From Patescibacteria group bacterium (lineage in GTDB: Bacteria; Patescibacteriota; Patescibacteriia; UBA10025; JAHIVO01), in contig JBAZKE010000001.1 in the NCBI GenBank assembly GCA_041650915.1, positions 547,097 to 611,096 on the forward strand: DNA of 64,000 bases, written 5' to 3'. Numbering within the stretch: the stretch's first letter is position 1; each line of letters starts with the position of its first letter. Below are positions 56,620-64,000 of the stretch, piece by piece. A program made the translations under genes and the position numbers. The notes below the pieces were generated by a model. That model saw only the letters and a list, made by a program, of their open reading frames with translations. It had not been told where the DNA came from and did no database searches.

Positions 56620-58014
56620 TTAATGGAGGTTATGAACTGCTTTCTTAAACCGGTTACCCCGATCAAATTCGTTCAAGAAAAGGCCAAAACTTGCCGCACC
56701 GGGAGATAAAACAATACTATCCTCGAATGCTGATTCTGATCTTGCCAGCATAAGAGCTTCCGCAAGTGACGCTACGACCACATACTTGGTGTAACGGACA
56801 GAATTAAAAGCCGATTTTATTTTTTCTGATGCGGTACCGGGTAGTAGGACCGTAAATTTTACTTTCGATTTAATTTCCTTCGCCATCGCTAAGTAATGTA
56901 GCTTTTTATCTGCGCCACCCGCAATAAGCACTATTCCATTTTTTATTGTCCTGAGAGCAGCGCAGGTTGCGTCGGGTATTGTTGCAGCGGAATCATTGTA
57001 GTAGCGCCTTCCGTGGAGCACCCGTACGAGTTCTAGTCGATGAGGGATGCCGTTAAACCCTTTGACGGCAGATTGGATAATTAATTGCGGCACGTGCAGT
57101 ATTTTTGCTACTGCGATACCGGCCATTACATTTTCAGCATTATGCATGCCAGGCATTCCGATATCTTTCAGGGAAATAACCGGATTCGATTTACCGTGAG
57201 AGGAAAAATAAATCCAGCCATGACGGATAAAACATGCCATTCCTCTCGAAATCGCCCTTGTAGACACCCACGCTACACGGGCTGATGAACTGACTGCGAT
57301 TTGCTTCGACAGTTTGTTAGTATCGTTTGCTATGATGAATTGTTTATTCGTTTGATGTTGAGTAATCAGTTTTTTTGATTTCACATACGATGTTAGCGTA
57401 CGGTACCGGTTCATATGGTCCCTCATGATATTCGTGATAACTGCAATATCAGGCCCCCACTTCAGATGGCTGATATCTTCGAGTTGCCATGATGAAAGTT
57501 CGAGCACGACCGGTGTGCTGCGATTCGCTTTGCTTAGAATTGTAAGCGGTGAAATTTGGATATTGCCGGCTAAAAATGCATTAATGCCAGCTTTTTTGAG
57601 AATGTAAAAAATTAAAGAACTTGTCGTAGACTTGCCTTTTGTGCCGGTTACTGCAATTATCGGTGAAGAACAGTATTGTAAAAAAATGCTAATATCAGTT
57701 TCAATAGGCACCCCCGCACCGCGCGCGGTCGCGAGAAATTCAGAATTTTTCGGCACACCTGGATTTTTTATGATTAAATCTGCTTTTTTAAAATCCGATT
57801 TACGATGCTTGCCAAGCACATAACGGATAGGATATTTTTCCAGCCGCTTAATTGAAGGTAACAGTACGTTTCTATTCCGCAGGTCAGTTACAGTAACACG
57901 AGCGCCCTGGCATGCAAACCAGCGCGCTGATTCAAGGCCCCCGCCATGCAAACCTAAACCCATTACTAATACCTTTTTCCCCTTAAATGCGAACATTTGC
58001 TTAGCCATATGCAA
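56620..58014 (-). CDS. murD: UDP-MurNAc-L-Ala--D-glutamate ligase
   Basis: MGLG, NPGVP, TGTKGKSTT, ELSSWQL, DHMNRY, HRLE, NDS, LSPGAAS...RG. Confidence 0.94.
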   Translation of the reverse strand: MHMAKQMFAFKGKKVLVMGLGLHGGGLESARWFACQGARVTVTDLRNRNVLLPSIKRLEKYPIRYVLGKHRKSDFKKADLIIKNPGVPKNSEFLATARGAGVPIETDISIFLQYCSSPIIAVTGTKGKSTTSSLIFYILKKAGINAFLAGNIQISPLTILSKANRSTPVVLELSSWQLEDISHLKWGPDIAVITNIMRDHMNRYRTLTSYVKSKKLITQHQTNKQFIIANDTNKLSKQIAVSSSARVAWVSTRAISRGMACFIRHGWIYFSSHGKSNPVISLKDIGMPGMHNAENVMAGIAVAKILHVPQLIIQSAVKGFNGIPHRLELVRVLHGRRYYNDSAATIPDATCAALRTIKNGIVLIAGGADKKLHYLAMAKEIKSKVKFTVLLPGTASEKIKSAFNSVRYTKYVVVASLAEALMLARSESAFEDSIVLSPGAASFGLFLNEFDRGNRFKKAVHNLH

Positions 58015-58093
58015 AACAAAGTAGTCTATACTATACCATAAATTGCTCCTTTTTCAAGAAGTGGAGAGTCTAGCAGTTAAGCTTGTACAGCAG

Positions 58094-59143
58094 CTACTTG
58101 TCTACCAAAAAGAGGATGACCCCAACGACTGCACTTACGCCAGAAATAATCCAAAAGCGCATCACGATTTTCGGCTCAGTCCAACCTCTCGCCTCAAGAT
58201 GGTGGTGAAGCGGTGCGGACAAAAAAACTTTCTTTTTAAATATTTTTTTTCCAATAAGCTGGATAATAACCGACCCTGATACAATAACGAACGGCAATCC
58301 GATGATCGGCAAAAAAAGTGCGGAGTTTGTCATCATTGCCACAATACCGAGCGTGACACCAAGGGACATGGCCCCCGTATCACCCATAAAAAAACGCGCT
58401 GGGTTGATATTGAACCAAAGAAATGCGAGCAGGGCGCCGATTATGACACCACAAAAAGCGGCGAGATTATATCTTCCCTGCGCAAAAGCAATCGCACTGA
58501 ATGCTGCAAATGATGCGAGTAGCGTACCTCCCGACAGACCATCGAGGCCGTCAATTTCATTGACTGAAAAAGCAGTAGCGACAATTATAAAGATAAATAT
58601 TGGAATATACCAAAGGCCGATGTCATAGTTGCCGAGAAAAGGCACGTGAAGGGTAGTCCAATCGAGCTTAAAATAAAACCAATATGCGCCAAAAATCGCG
58701 ATGAGGATATAGATGATAAGCTTATGGCGGACGCGCAATCCTCCTCCTGAAGCACCAATCCCGCGGATGTTGAGCATATCGTCAAAAAGGCCGACAATCG
58801 CTGATGCAACCAGCGCGCCGAGTGGGAGCAGCGTCTCGGCCCGTGTTAAAAAATTGAGGCGGCGGATCCAGTCAATCTCTATGGTATTGCTCGTGACGAA
58901 AAACAATAGTGCAATAAAAAAAGTGCTGAGCCATATTAAAATGCCTCCCATAGTCGGGGTGCCAGATTTTGCCTCATGCAATTTAGAATAAATCGGAGTC
59001 TGTTCTGCTGAGCGTATCTTCTTTCCAAGCTTGAATTTATACAGGTAATGCGTCAGGAGCGGCGTCCAGCTGAACGTAACGACGAAAGTCAATGTTGTGA
59101 GTAAAAATATTTTTATGATATCAAAATTTTTTTCGAATCCCAT
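58094..59143 (-). CDS. mraY: Phospho-MurNAc-pentapeptide transferase
   Basis: KSGTPTMGG, GLFDD, VNEIDGLDGL, FMGDTG, APLHHHLE..GW.E. Confidence 0.96.
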   Translation of the reverse strand: MGFEKNFDIIKIFLLTTLTFVVTFSWTPLLTHYLYKFKLGKKIRSAEQTPIYSKLHEAKSGTPTMGGILIWLSTFFIALLFFVTSNTIEIDWIRRLNFLTRAETLLPLGALVASAIVGLFDDMLNIRGIGASGGGLRVRHKLIIYILIAIFGAYWFYFKLDWTTLHVPFLGNYDIGLWYIPIFIFIIVATAFSVNEIDGLDGLSGGTLLASFAAFSAIAFAQGRYNLAAFCGVIIGALLAFLWFNINPARFFMGDTGAMSLGVTLGIVAMMTNSALFLPIIGLPFVIVSGSVIIQLIGKKIFKKKVFLSAPLHHHLEARGWTEPKIVMRFWIISGVSAVVGVILFLVDK

Positions 59144-59148
59144 AACGC

Positions 59149-59514
59149 TTAACTATTTATTTCTATGATCAGGTAAGCTGCGGCCAAGAGGATCACTTGC
59201 AGCAGTACGCTCGTCCAGATTATCAACCTTCCCGCGATTTTATTGTATTTTCCAGCTGAACACGAAAGATATGCATTGAATGCTATAAAGACAAAGCCGG
59301 AAAGTGGCATGATATACATACGGTACCACGATCCGATTAGGTCGACACCAAAGTAAATGTTATAATGGAGATAAAATGGATCATGATCCGGCTGCACCTT
59401 CAGATAGAGGAATGCCCAGATCAGGAGATTAATGAAAAGTGCAGAAATGACGGCAACGAGCGAATTAGCATCGCGGAAACAAAAAGTTCCGGTTCCCCTC
59501 TTTATTTGAAACAT
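59149..59514 (-). CDS. Conserved hypothetical membrane protein (3 TM) upstream of mraY
   Basis: LHYNIYFGVDLIGSW motif between TM segments; start uncertain (59514, 59532 or 59556). Confidence 0.65.
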   Translation of the reverse strand: MFQIKRGTGTFCFRDANSLVAVISALFINLLIWAFLYLKVQPDHDPFYLHYNIYFGVDLIGSWYRMYIMPLSGFVFIAFNAYLSCSAGKYNKIAGRLIIWTSVLLQVILLAAAYLIIEINS

Positions 59515-59526
59515 TTGCTTATTAAA

Positions 59527-61329
59527 TTGCATACTCAGCGTCTTACAAAAAAACAAATTTTTATCGTCGGGGCATTGCTCGGGATGATGTTTGTGTTTGA
59601 ATTAACATCATCATTAACAGAATCTCAAACCGTTGATGAGGGCACTCACCTTGCAGCGGGATATAGTTATTTAATAAAACGTGATTTCCGCATGAATGTG
59701 GAACATCCACCGCTTCTCAAAGAACTTTCGGCCATACCGCTTGTAGTTGCCGATGGTTTGATTGATTCTCCATTCGATAAAAAAGGCTGGGCTGCAGATG
59801 ATCAGTGGCAATTTGCGAGAGATCTTCTTTACGATGGAGGAATGCATGCCGATACCATTTTACTGCTTGCGAGGCTCCCTATGATGCTCGTGAGCATTAT
59901 TCTCGGCCTGTTTATTTTTCTGTGGTCTCGTGAACTTTTTGGCACTACAGCGGGTTTCTTTTCTCTTTTTCTGTATTCGCTATCACCGAATTTTATTGCA
60001 CACTCAAGGTATGTTACCACTGATGTTGGCTTATCGCTATTCTTCTTTTTAACCTTATACTATTTTCATAAATATCTCAAGCGTGGCAATCGGAAAAACA
60101 TGGTTCTCACAGCTGTTTTTCTTGGCTGTGCGCTTGTTAGCAAATTTTCAGCGGTCATCCTTGTGCCTATCCTGATGCTGCTGCAAATCTTCTATCTTCT
60201 GAAGTCAAAAAACCGCATTACTGCAGTAAGTATAAAAAAATTTATCACAAATGGACTGATAGTCTTCGCGATTATTGGACTTGTCATCATGAGTGCCTAC
60301 CTTTTTGAATTTAAAATTCCGATCGATGATCCGGATGTCCAGTACCAATTCGCACGCAGAGATTCGCTGCTCGCCACTAGCGATTTAAGCAATGAAAATA
60401 TACTTTCTCAAAAAATTATACCACTCGCCGATCCAACCAAACCATTCGGTTCGTTTATCGAATGGTTTGCTCATAACGTTCCCGTTCCGGCATATTCTTA
60501 TTTTAAAGGTTTGTGGAGCGTTTATACGCACAACCTTTACGGGCATACGTCCTACTTGCTTGGACAACACTCAGAATTTGGATGGTGGTACTATTTCCCA
60601 GTGGCTTTTTTAATCAAAACCCCAATTTCTACACAAATTTTTTTACTTTTACTGCTTGTGTTCGGCATATCATACTTTTTCCGGAAAAATAGTGCTGGCA
60701 CGCCTTTTTATCAAAAATTACGCTCAATTTCAATGCAATGGTATATATTGATACTCCCGCCAGTCATTTATTTTCTCTTCAGCATGAACTCACATCTTAA
60801 TCTTGGAGTACGGCATATTTTTCCAATCTATCCGTTTGTTTTTGTCCTTTGCGGATTTTTACTTACTGTTAAAATGAAAAAGCTGCACAAGCCCTATCGC
60901 ATGAGTATCGTGCTGCTTACGCTCTTTTACGCATTTTCATCCGTGGCAACCTACCCAAACTACTTGGCATATTTTAATGAAGCGATCGGGGGTCCAAAAA
61001 ATGGATCGGATTTTCTAGTTGATTCTAACATTGATTGGGGCCAAAGTGCAAAACAACTCAAGCAATACATGCTTGACCGAAATATCGAATACGTTTGCAT
61101 AAGCTATTTTGGGCAGGCAAATCTTAGCTACTACGGCATTGACTACCGCTATTTGCCTGATACTGAAAATTATCAGGGTACCAGCAAATTAAATTGTGTT
61201 GTTGCTATTAGCGTGACCAGTCTCCTGTCAAAAGACCATAAATACTCATGGCTTCAATCATTCAAGCCGGATGATATGGTCGGCTACTCAATTTTTATTT
61301 ACGATTTCTCAGAAAAACTTTCATTATAA
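59527..61329 (+). CDS. GT-C glycosyltransferase (ArnT/PMT, GT39/GT83-like)
   Basis: TVDEGTH..AG, EHPPL, ARL, P.FIAH....TTD, KFS, RH; multi-TM. In-frame TTG 59527 or ATG 59584 is more plausible than 59365. Confidence 0.85.
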   Translation: MHTQRLTKKQIFIVGALLGMMFVFELTSSLTESQTVDEGTHLAAGYSYLIKRDFRMNVEHPPLLKELSAIPLVVADGLIDSPFDKKGWAADDQWQFARDLLYDGGMHADTILLLARLPMMLVSIILGLFIFLWSRELFGTTAGFFSLFLYSLSPNFIAHSRYVTTDVGLSLFFFLTLYYFHKYLKRGNRKNMVLTAVFLGCALVSKFSAVILVPILMLLQIFYLLKSKNRITAVSIKKFITNGLIVFAIIGLVIMSAYLFEFKIPIDDPDVQYQFARRDSLLATSDLSNENILSQKIIPLADPTKPFGSFIEWFAHNVPVPAYSYFKGLWSVYTHNLYGHTSYLLGQHSEFGWWYYFPVAFLIKTPISTQIFLLLLLVFGISYFFRKNSAGTPFYQKLRSISMQWYILILPPVIYFLFSMNSHLNLGVRHIFPIYPFVFVLCGFLLTVKMKKLHKPYRMSIVLLTLFYAFSSVATYPNYLAYFNEAIGGPKNGSDFLVDSNIDWGQSAKQLKQYMLDRNIEYVCISYFGQANLSYYGIDYRYLPDTENYQGTSKLNCVVAISVTSLLSKDHKYSWLQSFKPDDMVGYSIFIYDFSEKLSL

Positions 61330-61331
61330 TT

Positions 61332-61360
61332 TTGACTAGAGCGCTAGAATGTGATATAAT
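61332..61360 (+). promoter_or_regulatory. Sigma70 promoter for pilB-pilC
   Basis: TTGACT-N17-TATAAT with TGn extension, 22 nt before ATG 61383. Confidence 0.7.
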
Positions 61361-61382
61361 ATATCCACCTTAACGGAAAAAA

Positions 61383-63116
61383 ATGCTGCCAAATAAAGAA
61401 ATTCAATTGATTCTATCTCAGAGCGATATTATTGAAAAAGATCAGCTTAATGATGCTATTAAAAAAGTGAGCGAGGAAAATTCGGATTTTACCCAATATA
61501 TCATAGAAAAAAATCTCGTATCCGAAAATGTGCTCTTTGAAACGATAGCAAATTACTACAAACTGCCTTTCATCGACCTCAGGCGGAGTACGATCAGAAA
61601 AGATATTCTCATGACTATTCCTGAGACGATCGTTCAAACGTACCAAATTGCCGCCTATGATAAAAATGAAACCGACCTCCAAGTCGCAACCGTAGATCCC
61701 AAAAATCTCCAAATAATTGATTTTCTCAGAAAAAAAACAGGGTTAAAAATAAAAGTCGCCGTAACGACTTTTTCAAGCATAAAAGAAGTAATTTCCCAGT
61801 ACCATAAAGGCCTTTCGTCAGAATTTAAAAAAATTTCAAAAGGCGAAGTCGATACAGCGGACGGCTCTCAGCAAGCAGACCTAAAACAACTTGCACAGGA
61901 CCTCCCGATTGTACGCATAGTTGATACGCTGCTCGAATACGCCATTTTCGAGGGAGCCTCAGATATTCATATTGAACCGACTGAAAAAGATTTAGCGATA
62001 CGATACCGCATCGACGGCATTCTGCGCGAAGTCATGCGGCTGCCCAAAAAACTGCAACCCGGTGTTACTGCGAGAATTAAAATTTTATCGAATTTAAAAA
62101 TCGATGAGCATCGTCTTCCCCAGGATGGGCGTTTTAAAATTTCCACTTCAGAATATAAAATTTCATTTCGCGTATCAATAATTCCCGTGTTCGATGGCGA
62201 AAAAATCGTTTTGCGCCTGCTCAATGAATCCAGCAAAATTTTGACGCTTGAACAAATAGGTTTTCAGCTGAAAGCCCTTGAAATAGTAAACGCGAATACG
62301 AAAAAACCACAGGGAATGATATTGGTAACAGGCCCGACCGGCAGCGGAAAAACGACCACACTCTATACACTGATGAATATGGTCAATGACCCTGGCGTTA
62401 ACATCGCAACGATCGAGGATCCGATTGAGTACCGTATGCCGCGCGTTAACCAAAGCCAGGTCAACCCTCGGATCGGTTTTACGTTTGCCGGCGGACTTCG
62501 GGCACTCTTACGCCAGGATCCAAATATTATTATGGTTGGAGAGATACGCGATGGGGAAACTGCTGAAATTGCGACTCATGCTGCGATGACCGGCCACCTC
62601 GTGCTCTCAACACTCCATACGAATGATGCAGTTACGACTCTCCCCCGTCTTGAGGAGATGGGCGTCCCCCCGTTTTTAATTGGGTCAACGACCAATGTCG
62701 TTATTGCGCAGCGACTTGTCAGAAAAATATGCATGAACTGCATTCATAGTTTCACTCTTTCAAAGAAGGCGATTGATGAACTGAAAAAAAAGGTTAATAT
62801 TGATTCTATTATTAAAGTTCTCGAACAGCAGGGCATTATCCTTTCGTCGGAAACTCCTGTCGAATCGCTCCTTTTTTACGAAGGAAAGGGCTGCAAGCAG
62901 TGCAACGGCTCAGGATATAAAGGAAGAATGGGCATTTTTGAGGTGCTTGAGATTACAGATACTATTGCAAGGCTCATCACTGAAAAAGCGCCAGAGCAGA
63001 CAATATTAGCGGAAGCAAGAAAAAATGGAATGCTCACCATGATAGAAGACGGCTTTATTAAAGCAAAAAATGGTGCGACCTCCATTGCAGAAGTGCTTCG
63101 CGTAACCAAAGATTAA
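61383..63116 (+). CDS. pilB: Type IV pilus / T2SS assembly ATPase (PilB/GspE)
   Basis: ASDIHIEP, RIDG, RLPQDGR, GPTGSGKTTTLY, TIEDPIEY, LRQDPNIIMVGEIRD, TGHLVLSTLHTN, CxxC...CxxC. Confidence 0.93.
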   Translation: MLPNKEIQLILSQSDIIEKDQLNDAIKKVSEENSDFTQYIIEKNLVSENVLFETIANYYKLPFIDLRRSTIRKDILMTIPETIVQTYQIAAYDKNETDLQVATVDPKNLQIIDFLRKKTGLKIKVAVTTFSSIKEVISQYHKGLSSEFKKISKGEVDTADGSQQADLKQLAQDLPIVRIVDTLLEYAIFEGASDIHIEPTEKDLAIRYRIDGILREVMRLPKKLQPGVTARIKILSNLKIDEHRLPQDGRFKISTSEYKISFRVSIIPVFDGEKIVLRLLNESSKILTLEQIGFQLKALEIVNANTKKPQGMILVTGPTGSGKTTTLYTLMNMVNDPGVNIATIEDPIEYRMPRVNQSQVNPRIGFTFAGGLRALLRQDPNIIMVGEIRDGETAEIATHAAMTGHLVLSTLHTNDAVTTLPRLEEMGVPPFLIGSTTNVVIAQRLVRKICMNCIHSFTLSKKAIDELKKKVNIDSIIKVLEQQGIILSSETPVESLLFYEGKGCKQCNGSGYKGRMGIFEVLEITDTIARLITEKAPEQTILAEARKNGMLTMIEDGFIKAKNGATSIAEVLRVTKD

Positions 63117-63117
63117 T

Positions 63118-64000
63118 ATGCCTGAATTCAATTATACCGCCCGGACAATGGACGGGAAGCTCGAGAAGGGTAAGATGAACATGAAGGATGAAAAAACCCT
63201 CTCAGGATACCTGAAAGGGAAGAATTTAATTTTGACTTCAGCTTCACCCGTTAAGAAGGTTAGTAGATTTTCCTTGCAAGCAATTCTTAGTTCGATGTCT
63301 AGAATCCCAGTCGTGCAGAAAATTTTCTTTACGCAGAACCTTTCTATTATGGTAAAAACGGGTTTCCCGCTCGCGCACGCGATGAAAACACTGGCCAATC
63401 AAACAACAAACAAGCAATTTAAGGTGATCATCACTGAAATTCAGCACGACGTAGAGAGTGGCATTTCATTTTCAAATGCCCTCGCAAAGCACCCAAAAGT
63501 CTTTTCAGAGTTATTTATCAATATGATCGCCGCCGGAGAGGTCAGCGGTAAACTCGATGAAATACTTATATACCTCACCACACAGATGAAAAAGGATCAT
63601 GCACTGATCGCTAAAGTCCGTTCGGCCATGATGTATCCGTCTGTTGTCATCGTAGCCATGTTTGGCATCGGTATTATCATGATGGTCACCGTGATCCCAC
63701 AGTTGACTGGCATCTATGCTGAATCCGGAGCAGAGCTTCCTCTTCCCACAAAGCTGATTATCTGGCTGAGTGACTTTTTGATTCATTTTGGAATTTATGC
63801 CCTTGGGGGAGGTATTTTGGCATTTTACGGATTTATCCGGCTAAAAAAGACCCAGAAAGGAAAATACTACTTGCATTTCATTTTGCTCAAGCTGCCACTC
63901 ATATCAACGATTATTAAAAAAATCAATATAACACGTTTTACACGAACACTAAGTTCGCTTTTAAAGACTGACATCCCAATTGTTCAAACCCTGCAAATAA
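63118..64000 (+). CDS. pilC: Type IV pilus / T2SS platform protein (PilC/GspF), partial
   Basis: Not in the track because it runs off the window; manual translation MPEFNYTA...FFTQNLSIMVKTGFPL...ALAKHPKVF...AGEVSGKLDE...SAMMYP...LPLPT. Confidence 0.93.
   Translation, partial: MPEFNYTARTMDGKLEKGKMNMKDEKTLSGYLKGKNLILTSASPVKKVSRFSLQAILSSMSRIPVVQKIFFTQNLSIMVKTGFPLAHAMKTLANQTTNKQFKVIITEIQHDVESGISFSNALAKHPKVFSELFINMIAAGEVSGKLDEILIYLTTQMKKDHALIAKVRSAMMYPSVVIVAMFGIGIIMMVTVIPQLTGIYAESGAELPLPTKLIIWLSDFLIHFGIYALGGGILAFYGFIRLKKTQKGKYYLHFILLKLPLISTIIKKINITRFTRTLSSLLKTDIPIVQTLQI

Overview
A gene-dense housekeeping window from a reduced-genome bacterium, most consistent with Patescibacteria/CPR (Parcubacteria-like). 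The assignment rests on the compact AlaRS and ProRS, short uL13, missing lipid genes between frr and rseP, a VirD4-like ATPase with its typical partner, weak or absent Shine-Dalgarno motifs and type IV pilus genes. Genetic code 11 applies. Almost all genes from 1 to 59.5 kb are on the minus strand. In coordinate order they are: proS, rseP, frr, a BNR lipoprotein and holB; a Wzx/Wzy-type surface-glycan cluster containing DUF4012 and mreB, abutting the end of the infA-rpmJ-rpsMKD-rpoA-rplQ-rplM-rpsI operon; alaS and mnmA; an OLD-family ABC-TOPRIM nuclease preceded by a dual-specificity phosphatase with an in-frame TGA in its catalytic loop; a sigma-region-4/wHTH protein, membrane protein and VirD4-like ATPase unit; secDF, with a circularly permuted parvulin domain in SecD; an FG-GAP L,D-transpeptidase, UPF0182, metabolic and transport genes, pgeF, secA and a partial dcw cluster. 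The strand then switches to plus for a GT-C glycosyltransferase, pilB and pilC. I found no rRNA, tRNA, CRISPR array or transposase. The best leads are the phosphatase-OLD pair, the SecD-parvulin fusion, RpoA lacking alpha-CTD together with an orphan sigma4-wHTH protein, the ribosome-coupled glycan/DUF4012/mreB operon and a structured infA leader. All calls come from reading motifs by eye; no searches were run.
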